Source of the DNA: Octopus sinensis | Lineage: Eukaryota | Reading direction: 5' to 3' | NCBI RefSeq assembly: GCF_006345805.1 | Contig: NC_043015.1 | Coordinates: 32,984,001-33,048,000 of the forward strand | DNA length: 64,000 bases | Part shown: positions 1-13,019 of the stretch, one piece after another | Layout: every line of letters begins with the position of its first letter | Position numbering within the stretch: position 1 is the first letter of the stretch | Notes under the pieces: model-generated | What the model was told of the DNA's origin: nothing | What the model saw: only the letters and a program-made list of their open reading frames with translations | Database searches by the model: none | Program-made: the position numbers and the translations under genes

Positions 1-158
1 TCTATATAATGTGGTGCACCGCTATTAAGGACACCTCAACTGAATACAGGAAAATGTCTGTTAACTAATGTACAATACTAAGTTCGGGAAATTGCAGGGG
101 GCGATTTGAACTTTTGCTGATATACTGTAATTTTTCGGTGAGTTTCATTTAACAGTAA

Positions 159-543
159 CTAGCAGTATCGCCCGGCGTTGCTCAGGTTTGTAAGGGAAAT
201 AACTATAAAGCATTTTTAGAGAGTTATAGCCAAAAAATAGCAAAAAAATGGAAAAAAATGATGGTAAATTTTTTTTTGATAGTTAAAAAAGGTGGAGTTG
301 CGTCCCCTACACAGTTTGTGGTTTGTGTTCCTGATTCTCGACCCCATGTCGAATTTATCGTCTTTTTTCAGAACTGGGGGAACTTTTCAAAATTTTCGCT
401 GCGTTAGTTTTCAATTATGACATTGGGCTACGTGTGTGTCAAGTTTCATCAGAATCGGTTGAAAGCCGTGGTCAGGGTGAGGGTACAAGCAAACAGACAC
501 ACAGAAACACGCACAGACAAACTGCCGTTTATATAGAGAGAGA
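159..543 (-). mobile_element. Non-autonomous Helitron-like element
   Basis: On the minus strand it starts TC (543-542) and ends CTAG (162-159), preceded by a degenerate GC-rich hairpin (cccggcgttgctcagg). It is inserted between A and T, with no TSD. Confidence 0.55.
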
Positions 544-545
544 TA

Positions 546-1104
546 CTGGGTTAGTCAAAAAGAAAGAGCAGATTTTAAAATTATTTTTAAAGCAAACGGT
601 AAGGGACACAAACACTTTCTACATATTTTTTGATAGAGGAAGGTTTAAAGTTTTTAGCTGAACATGATCAATTGAATTAAGCCTTAAATAAGATATTTTA
701 ATTTTGTTTCAATGTTTCATTTTGTTCATTTTATTTCAAGTTGTATAATTTTCATTTGTGTAATCCCTTAGAAAATGGTGACGCCACAAGAAAAGTCTTT
801 TTGTGTGCTGCAGTTGGAGAAATGCGAATCGATTGTGCAAGTGCAACGTGAGTTTCGCCGCCGATCCAATAAAAATCCACCTCGTCACAAGCAAATTTAC
901 GAATGGCACAAATATTTCACAGAAAAAGGTTGCATTTGTAAAGGAAAAATCACTGGTGCTCACGGAGCTCCTGATGAGTGCATACGACCTTAAAATAAAC
1001 TTTAAACCTTCCCCTATCAAGAAATATGTAGAATGTGTTTGTGTCTCTTAGCGTTTGTTTTTAAAATAAATTAAAAACCTGCTCTTTCTTTTTGACTAAC
1101 CCTG
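546..1104 (+). mobile_element. Internally deleted Tc1/mariner-superfamily DNA transposon with both TIRs
   Basis: ~53-bp imperfect TIRs (546-598 ctgggttagtcaaaaagaaagagcag...; 1052-1104 ...ctgctctttctttttgactaaccctg), flanked by TA at 544-545 and 1105-1106. Confidence 0.85.
775..993 (+). pseudogene. Transposase N-terminal helix-turn-helix remnant (DUF4817-like)
   Basis: MVTPQEKSFCVLQLEKCESIVQVQREFRRR...IYEWHKYFTEKGCICKGK matches the N-terminal HTH pattern of Tc1/mariner transposases. It lies between the TIRs and the catalytic domain is absent. Confidence 0.7.
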
Positions 1105-1646
1105 TATTTATTAGTATCTGAGTTTAAGTTTTGTCCAAGAAATTCACTGCACTATAATTAGTATCAAGCGTGATCCGTAGATTTATGCTTAAATTTATCT
1201 CTGAGGCCTTTTCTAAATTTATTCAAATCATGACCGTTCATATTACACGTAACAGTTAAGTCATCCTCACAGAATAAATTCCCTTCCAATCAAGGAATCT
1301 TATTAGAAGAAATTATAAACTATAAAGCCAGTTAATTTTGAATAGTTCGACCTTGTCGTGACTCCCCATGGAAGCATTTAATTCTTCATCGCCAGTATTT
1401 TTCTTTTTTTCTGAAAAACATGAATGAATTATCGAAGACTAACAGAGATTTCATTACGTGCAGGGTGATCCAAATTTAAGATTCACTTTTTAAAGTAAAA
1501 TAAGTAACTTAATCTTATATTTTATGAAAAATAAGTTTTAGTGAAGAGGAATCAAACCGGAATTGGGTCAAATTGTGTGAAATTATAAAGCTACTTTTAT
1601 TGAAAGCTTTGCAATACTAAAATGGAACCGCAAGTATTCAATAATT

Positions 1647-1820
1647 CTTTCTACTATCGGCACGTGGCCTGGAATTTTGGGAGAGGGGCCAAGTTGATTA
1701 TTTCAACCTTAGAGCTCAACCATGAAAGTATGACCGGCAAAGCCGAAATTAGAACATAAAGACGGACGAAATGTCGCTAAGCATTTTGTCCGGCATGCAA
1801 GCGATTCTGCCAGCTCGCTG
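1647..1820 (-). mobile_element. Decayed tRNA-derived SINE, family 1 (octopus OR/OK-type)
   Basis: Homologous to the better-preserved copies at 10605, 21130, 47061 and 52681 (ctgccagctcgc head, gctaagcatttt body). Confidence 0.6.
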
Positions 1821-1924
1821 TATTACTATTATTCCATAATAAAAGAGAAATTGTTGTTGTTGTTGTTGGCATTCTTTTGTCTCGGGAGACAATGGAGTTG
1901 CGCATAAACTAATCCAGTCTGGTT

Positions 1925-2295
1925 TTTATATTTCATGTCCTCTCCAGTTTCCTCTCCAGTTTTGCGCAGGCCTGGGCTAGATGTAAGAAAATCCTGGGTA
2001 GCCCAATCGTCAGGATTCCTCTCTCGACCTTGCTGATGTAGTCCAAAGGAGTGCAGAGCATTACGTTTGGCACCAGCTTGGTTGCAGGAGCTGCCAGAAG
2101 AGTGTCGAGTCGAACACTAAACCGCCTACGGAGCACCACTCTGGATTTCTTTGAAGGTTGTCTCCTTTCCGTAACCCTGGATAGGGGCCCATAACGGGTA
2201 GTGTCAGCCAGAGCCAGCTGAGCCCGGGACTCGTGTCAGGCAGGGTTGTCACTCCCTGAAGTAGTGAAGAATGGCTACCCGCTACCTTAAAAAAG
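1925..2295 (-). mobile_element. Possible 5' region of an RTE-type LINE
   Basis: GC-richer island resembling RTE 5' UTR sequence (gctctgcactcctttggac...gagaggaatcctgacgattgggctacccagga). Recognition from memory only. Confidence 0.35.
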
Positions 2296-3469
2296 AGAAA
2301 TAGCATTCTTAGTTTTAAGGATAACAGAATCTTGAATATTCTTGCTGGCGATACTTAACTCACTTATAGAAGAGTGAATTAGACTACAACTGAGATTACT
2401 AATATTACTAATAATTACTTTGGCTTCAAGATTTAGGTAGATTATGTGCTATTGCCAGATTTTTATATGATTTGGATATTAGTACGTGATACCTTTCGTT
2501 TCATATAGATTGTTGTTTGTATTCAATAAAATAAAGGTGTTTTGTTGTGTTTTTAGAGTATTGCTTAAAACGTTCTAAAAGTTATTTTAGAATTTCTTAA
2601 AACCTTTTGCCAAGTTTAAAATGTCAGTTTTAAATTGTACCACTGTTTTCTATGGAGTTCGTTGTTTCATTCATAATCCACACTTGTTAACTGCATGAGT
2701 ACATGCTTGCGAAATCTTGACATCTTACTAAATGCCACTTTTGTACAAAATGAAAAACAAAACAAGAAGAAAGAGAGTTTACACCAATCGACAATATCTA
2801 TTTGTTACATTCTTTGAGGCAATAATGCTGTTCTGGTATCATTCCATTGTTATTAATCAACCAGTGTTAACTCTCATATTTATGTATAAACCTCATGTAT
2901 GCATTTTTAATGATAAATTTATATCTCATTTTTTTCATAATCCCCAGAAGAATTGCAACGAAAACCAATTTCTGAAAATTCAGCTTCCACTTAAAGCATC
3001 GAAAACTTTTTTCCTTTCCTTTGTATACAATCGTCTGTTTGTGCATAAAAGAAATTGGCAGAGACGAAAAAGCATCGGATAAAATACCTTATGGTATTTG
3101 TCTTAGCTCTACACCAAGGGCAATCGATGCAAGGCAAACCCGAGATCAATTTCGCCTTTCATCCCCCGGTAAAAATATCGATTAACCCTCTCCCCCAAAT
3201 TGCTGATTTGTGTCTACGTTAGAAGCAATTTTGAAATCGCGAGTTTGAACCCTTTGCTAAGTATCTTGGTTAAGTGCTTTTTTTGTTTTTTGTTTTTTGT
3301 TTCTTTTTAGCATAGTTTCGGGTTAACCAAGTCCTTGATAGGCCACCGGAAAGCTATTCCTTCCACTTATTGTGTCACGCTAATTCAGCCCTGTGGAGAT
3401 GTTTTAGTTATTGGACTACGATCATTCTGGAACATCCTCTTCAAGGATTTGGCCGAACAAATTGACTCC

Positions 3470-3720
3470 AGTACTTATTTTAAACACTAGTACTTACTCT
3501 CCTGTTCACTTTTGCCGAAACGCTAAATTAAGGGGACATAAATAAACCACCACTGGTTGTCAAACAGTAAGGGATAATAAACACACGCTCACACATAAAA
3601 GTCTCATGCTTCCAAACAAGTGCCGTCCACCAAATCCACTCACAAGCATTGGTCAGCCCGAGGCTATAATAGAAGACACTCTGCTAGGTGTCACGCAGTG
3701 GAACTGAACCCGAAACGACA
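3470..3720 (-). mobile_element. SINE family 2 (tRNA head + body + microsatellite + 3' module), decayed
   Basis: Shares gccgaaacgctaa, caaatccactcacaagg and cacgcagtggaactgaacc with the copies at 15430, 42010 and 54790. Confidence 0.65.
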
Positions 3721-4174
3721 GTTGATCGAAAAATTAGACTACTCCTCATTGAAACTGGCGAAGATACATTTGTCTTTGATACAACAGCAAATTAGGTATT
3801 ACCCGTCTAACACTACCCCTAACTGATGTGGAGGGAATCTGGTTTACACCACCACCGCCACCACATCGCCGTGCCGCCGCAACACTGCACCATCCACACC
3901 CTCGCTAACAAAGCGCGGCGAGTGTGAGCTGACATGTGCTGACGACACTTCTTGCTGTCAGCTCTTTGTGTTGTGGTGAAATACGGGGGGAGGTGGGGCA
4001 CTGGAAATGGGTGTCGTACGACAGGTTTTGGTGGTGGTGGTGGTGGTGGAGGTGGTGGTGAAGATAATGAGTTTAATAAAGTAGTTATGACAGTTGTTTT
4101 AGTAGTGTAGTAGCCTCAGTATGTACCAGTGTGTGTGTATGTGCATGTGAGTGTAGTGTGTGTGTAGAGAGAGA

Positions 4175-4290
4175 GAGGGAGGAAGAAAAAAAGAAAGAAG
4201 AAGAAGAAGAAGAAGAACGAAGGAACGAAGATGGAAAGAAAAAAAAAGAAAAAAGAAAGAAAGAAAAAAGAATGAAAGAAAGAAAGAAAA

Positions 4291-4357
<67 letters not shown>
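4175..4357. repeat. (GAA)n/(GAAA)n microsatellite
   Basis: Directly visible tandem repeat. Confidence 0.95.
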
Positions 4358-4517
4358 CCGTGTGCACAATTCAGTCGTTCTCCATTTGAAAGACTGACTT
4401 CGCCTCTATTCCATATCCTCGCAGTCTTTTAATTCTACCAAACTCTCACACACACAAAATTCAAGTCAGTCATCTCCAGAATCAACTGACATGCTCTTTC
4501 TCTTCTTTCTTCTACAG

Positions 4518-4548
4518 GTATCGAAATGACATCTACAAACCTGAAGCC
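4518..4548 (+). CDS. Candidate coding exon A (31 nt) of an unidentified multi-exon gene: (R)YRNDIYKPEA
   Basis: Branch-like CTGAC at 4486-4490, long pyrimidine tract ...tctttctcttctttcttctacAG (AG 4516-4517) and donor GCC|GTAAGT at 4549. Open in a phase 2 to phase 0 frame. Confidence 0.6.
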
Positions 4549-4976
4549 GTAAGTTGTGGACCAATTCTTGTATAAGCTTATAAATCTTAAGAAATGAATC
4601 TCAGAAAATATATACCTTAGTGTTTTGATATTATTTAGGGACAGACATTTCATACTTTTATTAATGAAAATTACGTCATCGAAAAATCGGTTTTCACGTT
4701 CAAGATCGCTGAAATCTGTTATAATCACTTTTCGAATACTTTTTAATAGAACTGTTAATTAGGAAATGTCAAAAAGCTTCGTCGCATATAATCATGTATG
4801 TATGTATGTATGTATGTATGTATGTATGTATGTATGTATGTATGTATACACGGTTCTGGGTTCTGTCTCACTACGTAGTATCTTGGGCCAGTATCTTCTA
4901 CTATAGCCTCGGGCTAACCAAACCCTTGTTAGCGGGTTTGGTAAACGGAAACTAAAGAAGCACGTCGTACATGTAT

Positions 4977-5380
4977 ACTGCTCCAACAGCGCCGTCTGCG
5001 CTTGCTCACTCACGTATATCGTATGCCAGACGAGGAGATACTAAAAGGCATCATGTGTGGGGAATTGGCCACCGCCACAAGAGCATGAGGACAACCCCGT
5101 CTTCATTTCTATAGAGATATTAAGTCAATAGATCTGGTCGTCTTCAAATGGGAGGAAGTGGCAAATGATCGCCCACGCTGGAGGCAAATACTACGCAATG
5201 GTATGGAGCGATCTGAAGAGAAACTGGACCTTGACACCGAAGAAAAGTGCGCTCGAAGAAATGAAAAGTCAATAGCGCTGGTGGAGAGCTTCTTCAAATG
5301 CAATCGTTACATGCGAGACTGCCACTCCCCAAATGGGCCTGGACAATCACAGCTCATGGTGCACTACCACCAGCAGCTGA
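4977..5380 (+). mobile_element. RTE (BovB-like) LINE 3' ORF remnant
   Basis: Translates with stops and frameshifts as LLQQRRLRLLTHVYRMPDEEILKGIMCGEL...WEEVANDRPRWRQ...FKCNR..RDCHS.MGL.NHS: post-RT region plus a C2H2-type finger. Confidence 0.75.
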
Positions 5381-5527
5381 AACAAAATTCTCCCGGCGCA
5401 GATTCACGCTCTTTCGAAACCGATGAATGCCTGTCTATATATATACGCCTACTAATGGAATATAAAACCACATTCTGCGAACAAGCATTCAGTATTCTTT
5501 GGCTTTAAATACTGTTTGCTTTAAATC

Positions 5528-5576
<49 letters not shown>

Positions 5577-6459
5577 GGAGAGAAGGAGAGAAAGAGAGAA
5601 AGAGAGAAAGAGAGAGGGATAGAGAGATAGAGAGAGGGAGAGAGAGAAAGAGATAGGAAGAGAGAAAGAGAGAAGGAGAGAGAGAAAGAGAGAGGGAGAG
5701 AGAGAATGAGAGAGCGAAAAGAAGGGAGAAGGATAGAATGAGAAAGAAACATAAAATACGCACGCTCAAACATATACTAGCTTGTGTATATTTTTACACG
5801 CGCGCTCACACACAGATACACACGTGTGTGTGTGTACATATGTATGTGTAAACGTCAAATCTTTTTTGATCAGTGGTTCATGATGAATTAACTTTGCACT
5901 GAGGTAATTCAAAGGTCCAGTCCAGTAAGTTGACTCAATAAGCTTGATGTGACGTGACGTCATCAGAAGGTTGACGCCATTCTGATCCGAAGCAAAGTCT
6001 CTCGTGTGACCAGGCTTAATTCCGTTTCCGCCAAGTCAACAATATTTAGTCTTAAGTCCCATCATATGACTATATCTGTTTCTGCTTCATTGTCGAATGC
6101 CCTGTCTGTCAGTCTGTCAGTAATATGTCCTGTCTGAAAAATACACCCACACGCACATGTCTGCGTGTATATGTGTGTGTATATATATATATGATTATAA
6201 TTAAGGGTATCTAAAATATACCACCATGCTAGAGACAGCAGTCAAAACTTGACTCTTAAACCGCATCAAGTATTCATGCAGCACCAGGAGAAAAGACAAA
6301 TAAACTAGCAAAGAATTATTGGATAATCCCAGATCCAAATATTTTAAATAATGATCTCATCCTTATATATATATATATATATATATGAAGTAACAAACTG
6401 AGAAAAAGAAATCCTTCAAAAAGAAATCCGACATGAATATATATATATATATATATAAT

Positions 6460-6539
<80 letters not shown>

Positions 6540-6879
6540 GTATACACACACACACACACATATGTATATATGTTACATGTTTCCCACAACACATCTTAGC
6601 TTATAAGTTACGAATTTTATGGCATGTCAATCAATGTAATTATTTAGCGAGATTGTTTACTGTCACACTACTTACCTCCCCTGTCTTTCTATCCATTTAA
6701 CTATATGAAGCTCTGTCATTTTACCAATATGTCCATTCACACACCTATATACACACACACCTACACCCACCCACCCACACACACATGCTGTCGGTTTTTC
6801 TTTCATTTGGCACACACATTGCCTTATATCTTCAATACAGCAATATTTACCCTTGTTTCTATACCCTCAGCCCTACATA

Positions 6880-7220
6880 CATACATATATACTGACATAC
6901 ATGTATGCATGCATGCATACATACATAAATACATACATACATACATACATACATACATACATACATACAGACATACATGTATGCATGCATACATACATAC
7001 ATACATACATACATACATACATACATACATAAATACGTACATACATACATACATGCATGCATACAACATACATACATACATACATACATACATACATACA
7101 CACAACATACATACATACATACATACACATACATACACACATACATACATACATACATACATACATACATACATACATACATACATACATACATACATAC
7201 ATACGTACGTATATACATAC

Positions 7221-7283
<63 letters not shown>

Positions 7284-7285
7284 CA
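6880..7285. repeat. (ATAC)n followed by (GATA)n microsatellite
   Basis: Directly visible. Confidence 0.95.
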
Positions 7286-7817
7286 GGCAGACAGGCAGAC
7301 AGGCAGTAAGGCGGACAGGCAGACAGCCATTGCCTAAGGGCGAGAAACAAAGTTGAGCGAGTAAACAAGTATGTTTTCTTGTTTGTTTTTTGTGTTTTTG
7401 TTTTTGTTGTTGTATCTGCTTTTGTGGGTGAGAATGATAGAAGAGTGCAGTGAGTGTTAGATTAGAGAAATTCTAGTGATTGTAACCTCATCAAACTGTC
7501 ATGGTAAGGACAGATCACCCATTTGGAAGTGGGCAACCGGAAGGAAGTGGTTGCAACTACGCTGTCCATACCGACACAACCATTTGTCATCAAAGCCAAC
7601 TGCTTGTTCATTGGTCGGTGGTAAAGAGTGCATTGGATCATTGCAGTTCGTCATTCGTGAAACTGTTTGGACTGAGTGTGGCAGCCGCCGGTGGAGAGGC
7701 GATCAGACAAACAGACGAATAAATAGGCCGGCGCGCAGGCAGACAGGCAGACAAGAGACAGACAGACAGGCAGATAGGCAGGCAGACACACATATGTACA
7801 CAAACACACATACACTT

Positions 7818-7852
<35 letters not shown>

Positions 7853-7995
7853 AGTAGATGTATATATGTGTGTGTGCTTGTGTGTATGTGTGTGTATACG
7901 TGAGCACATATATGTATTATATATGTATATATTTATTTATATTTATATCGATGCATATATACACACACCTTTGAATGCGTGTGTGTATATATATG

Positions 7996-8066
<71 letters not shown>

Positions 8067-8394
8067 CATATATATATAGGTAAACAGTAAAATTAAATAC
8101 AGACATGGACAAGAACATGAAACACCACAGAGACGACATATGCACATACGATTTTGCTTACAAACTAAACAAAGTTTATATGTGATATGAATTAGTTGAT
8201 ACGATTCATTGCTAACTCGGAGTTTTGCGTACATTCAATCTGGCAACATTTGAGTCACTGAATAAGAAAGGAGTGAATGAACAGCCCACACGTAAAATTA
8301 TTTATATGAGTAGGTAGAGGGGAGCGTAGGGTGAACGAGAGAGATGGCTATACATACATACATGCATACATATATACATACATACATACATACA

Positions 8395-8428
<34 letters not shown>

Positions 8429-8454
8429 CTTGCATGTATACCTACATATATACT

Positions 8455-8491
<37 letters not shown>

Positions 8492-8544
8492 GCATATATG
8501 AATATATATATGCAGATATATATATATATATGTATACATAATTC

Positions 8545-8659
<115 letters not shown>

Positions 8660-10604
8660 AATTAATAATAATGATAATTAATACTTATCGATGTTTTTAG
8701 TCGTTGATGTATGCATTTTCACAGAAGTCCGCGAAAACGTTTCTTCCAGAATTATCTTATGGGAAAAAAAAATTATTTTTTATACAAATTAAAAGGTTTC
8801 GAAATACTCGGCGTCTCCCACCTCACCCCGTTACACAGAAATTGAAAAAAAAGATCTTCGTTGTATAAATACATATTTTTCTGCAAACAACTATATTTTC
8901 TTTGGTGTGTTTGTTAGTGGTTCGGTATGATCACTTCTTGGAGTACGGTAGGTGGTGTTTAAGTTCGAGAGTAGCAGCGAATACGCGATAAAATTTCTGA
9001 AACACCAAAATGGATTTAAAGAACAAAAGATTAACAAACCCAAAAAATACAATGAAACAGATGCAATTATTTAGTCAGATTTTGACGAGCGAAAACGGAA
9101 ACTTGTTTGACTTTAACAAAAAGCTTCGGCAACAACAGTTCGCTCTTTACTAGTGTTACAAACGAAAAAGGAAATAGCGGCCATCGGTCAACTCCAAATA
9201 ATGGGAAAGACGTGGAAGAGGTGTGTTTCAAAAGTAGTGCCTCATCTTCCGAAGAATTGATGAGGTTAAAAGCGACGTGTCTCTAGTTTTCTTTCTTTTT
9301 CTACATGACAAAATAACAGTGAGTCTTCAAACAGATATTGACTGAAGCTGATGCTCTGCTCAATGCGTGACTATGTGTGCTTCTCGACCGAAACAAAGTA
9401 TATAGGAGCGTGTAACCTGTTTCTTTTTTTTTTTAATCGATGATGTAAAGATAGCAGAGTTGGTATGCCATACACCTGTGCACAGAGACAGGCATTACCG
9501 TACAGAAAAGAAAGAAATACGAGGGTTACGGCTGGAGAGATTAGTTTATGTTGACCTTAGACTTGTATTTATCTTTGCGGCTCAGTACGGAAAGGTGGCG
9601 TGGCACAATGGGTTGGCAACAACATATGGTTAAGCAGAGTCTGTGCAAACATTCAGTTCCTGATGATCAAGGCCACAACGCTGTAACTAAATATACTTCA
9701 CTGAGCGAGCAAAGAAGGTTGATCAAACTTGTGGTAGGAAGAAGGACCAGTTGCAACTCGAGATCTTTCTGCTTAAACGATGAGGAAAACAAAAAGTGAA
9801 TGAAATACATGAGGAAAACTATCGGTAACAACAATAGTACCGATTTCCAACGATGAAGAACAAGATTACTGTTCACACTGTTCCCACAATACAACAGTCC
9901 AACTCCAATAATACACAGAGGAAATAAACTTAATTGCCTCACAGTCGATAAAAACCAGTATCAGAAGCTACCAGCGTAGGGTACCAAGAAGCCGATGAGT
10001 GTCTTCTCGTCTAGCCCAGATCAGCCATTTGCTACAAGCAACAAGACCATCTCATTGTATTTTGATAATAGGAGAGATATAGAGTCTGTTGAGGAGAGAG
10101 AAACTGCCAGTGACAGTACAAAATAAAAGAGGAACAAAAAAAAGTCACCATAAGCCAAATGCAAGAAAGAAACTGGAAGTGCCTTAAGAAAGGAGCAGAC
10201 GACAGGATCGCGAGGCACAGTTTCAAGCTAATTTGCTAATCTCAGTCGCGAACACCTGGTCGCTAGAGAGAGGGTCAAAGTCTGCTCCAGCCAGCAATAT
10301 ATTTTAAAAATAGGGACCACCGGTCACTGATTTGCAACAAGCAAAGTTGTAAAATCTCAAGAAGAGATGAGAGTAGTGACAACTTAAGCCCTTGGCCCAA
10401 CTGGTCTCGAGTAGTATCGGAGAGGATTGGTCGAAACTACGTGGACATTCCAGACTCCGACTGAAGAAGCAATTGGCTGCGAATGATCCGTGTATCTTAT
10501 TTTGTCCTGTTTACCATTGTTGTGCTATCGTTCTTTTCCTTCTTGTTATGTTTGGACGATTTCTGTTTGTGGTTTTTACCATATATATATATACATATAT
10601 ATAC

Positions 10605-10803
10605 TTTTCTACACTAGGCACAAGGCCCAACATTTTGGGGGAGGGACCAGTCGATTAAATCGACCCCAGTATGCAACTGGTACTTAATTTATCGACCCCG
10701 AAAGGATGAAAGGCAAAGAGGACCTCGCTGAAATTTGAACACAGAACATAAATACTGCTAAGCATTTAGCCCGGCTTGCTAATGTTTCTGCCAGCTCGCC
10801 TTA
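10605..10803 (-). mobile_element. tRNA-derived SINE family 1
   Basis: Contains ggtacttaatttatcgaccccgaaaggatgaaaggcaaag...aaatttgaac and the ctgccagctcgcc head. Confidence 0.8.
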
Positions 10804-10839
10804 TATACTTATATATATATAATTATATATATATATACT

Positions 10840-10896
<57 letters not shown>

Positions 10897-10899
<3 letters not shown>

Positions 10900-10956
10900 C
10901 GCATGAATAAGCACTTATATATATATATATATATATAAGTGCTTATTCATGCGTAT
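10897..10956. repeat. Perfect 60-bp palindrome centred on (TA)n
   Basis: atacgcatgaataagcactt-(AT)n-aagtgcttattcatgcgtat; arms checked base by base. Confidence 0.9.
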
Positions 10957-11659
10957 CTGCTTTTGTTTTTTGTCTATGTTTGTATATGTATCTTACTATG
11001 ATAACACACACTTGCATATACGAAGAAAAAAATATTGTTAATTATTACATTTTTGTTAATAATTGTCAAATAAACCACGACTGACAAGTTTAGTATCTTT
11101 CAACTTGAGCCTTGCGCTAATCGGCTTATCTGTCGCTCAAGTGGTTTACCACACAAGAACACCTAACTAGAAACAGACCCACTAAACTGTTGCTGAGCCC
11201 TCGTCTGTCGACCGTTGTTAAAAGCCAATAAGGGAAGACATATGTTCATAGTTATAACAATATTCGCTTAACTAATATCACACACTTCAGTTTTGTATAA
11301 CCATGAATGCTTTATTACCTCATATATAGACATACATACATACATACATACTTACATACACTGGCGCATCCATTATTTATTTGTGCACACACACATGCAT
11401 ATATATATATATACGTCCAGACCTATCATACGCACTAATACTCTCTCATACACACACACACACACACACACACCCTTATACATACTAATACATACTAATA
11501 CATACACCAACCCTATACATACACACGTCCAGACCTCCCCTACGCACTAATAGCTGGTCATTCAACCCTATTATCAACCCTATTATCTCCCCTTATTTCG
11601 CTCTCGCGTCTCATGTTTGATCTTTGACCTCTGGCCGAAATCAGATCGCCATGTTGATT

Positions 11660-11830
11660 CGTTAGTTACTGCACGCATTTTTTTCTCTCCTTCTTTCTGT
11701 GTTTTTTTTCTCTCTGTGTATCTTTCTGTTGAAGAGCGTAGGCTCGAAACGTTAAAGACTTGTTTTATTTATATTTCCTGAGCGCCATACTAATACAATT
11801 GTTTGTTTGTTTCCCACCTGCCTTCGTCTT
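11660..11830 (+). mobile_element. Penelope-like pLTR-derived repeat with a degenerate hammerhead motif (11722-11758)
   Basis: cttt-CTGTTGA-a-GAGC gtag GCTC-GAAAC-GTT-aaag; same family as 38968, 41095, 48326 and 51934. Confidence 0.55.
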
Positions 11831-11855
11831 TTGTTAATTATCATAAAGCTCCCCG

Positions 11856-11919
<64 letters not shown>

Positions 11920-12031
11920 GTATATATATTTCATCGATATCTACTCATGTACATGTATGTGTATGTACGAATACATGCACTCACACACACACAAACACAC
12001 ACACAAAAAGACGTATATATACATACATATA

Positions 12032-12886
12032 GTAGCTGTTGTACCCGGCGTTTCCCGGGTTTTCTCTGTTAAGGATAAGCCTATGCCGTTCTAACGGTTG
12101 CTTGATGAAATTTCTTTCTGAATCTTACGGTTGACGTCATGTTCGAGGTATTTTAGCAGAGGTACCCGATAATTGGAGTGTAGTTCAATTGCACGCAAAA
12201 TGTCTATTAATTTTATAATATTCCTCTGCTCACGCGCAATTATCGATTTTTTGTCAACTTTACATGCCGCATTCAACTTATAGACATGAACTGTAATAAC
12301 GTGTAACGTATCTTAAAAATCGATTGAATAGTCTCTGAAAAAAGCTGATACATGCTTGTGCCCTTCCGATTCCTCTGGAATTAAATTAAATCCTTTACCG
12401 TCTCCCCTACCACGCAATTTACCTAAATCTCAAATTTCATTAAAATCGGATGAAAAATATAAAAGTTACAGCCAAAAATAAAATCCCTATGGGTATTTGC
12501 ACGCAAAAAAAAAACCTATTGATATTATAAAACCACTGCTCAGGCACAATTATCGACTTTTTGTCAACGCCATATACTGACATCAACTCACTGCCATGAG
12601 CCTTGCTCACTCATCAATTTTCATCAAAATAGGACAAAAAATGCAAAAGCTGCAGAAAAAATAACATCGTTCTGGGAATTTCCATTCAAACGCCTGATTG
12701 AGCTCATAAAAATTGATGCCAACTGAGCATTATCGAGTTTTCGAAAAATTCCAACCGTATTTGAACTTCAGGGGATGTGATCTACCTATGAGCCAAAAAT
12801 CATTAAAATCGGTTGGACGGTGTGGGAGGTGTTATAGTAACCCCAAACAGACACACATACCGACATCATTATAGATTGTTTATAGA
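12032..12886 (-). mobile_element. Non-autonomous Helitron-like element with internal degenerate repeats
   Basis: Perfect hairpin acccgg-cgtttc-ccgggt (12043-12060) next to a CTAG-like end. The other end, aaacagacacacat...tatagat, resembles the element at 159-543. Internal gcacgcaaaa...attatcga modules are repeated. Confidence 0.55.
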
Positions 12887-13019
12887 TTGTTGTAAACATT
12901 ATCGACCTCATATTCAAGCAAAGCAAAGCACATACATTGAGTATGTCTGGTTATTAATGCACACACACACGCACACGTGCGAGCACACAAACTCGCGTGC
13001 GCATATATATGTATGTATG

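Noticed and set aside
10430-10480. GAAAC...CUGAAGA as a type II hammerhead
   Set aside because: The cleavage triplet would be GUG and stems I and II do not pair convincingly.
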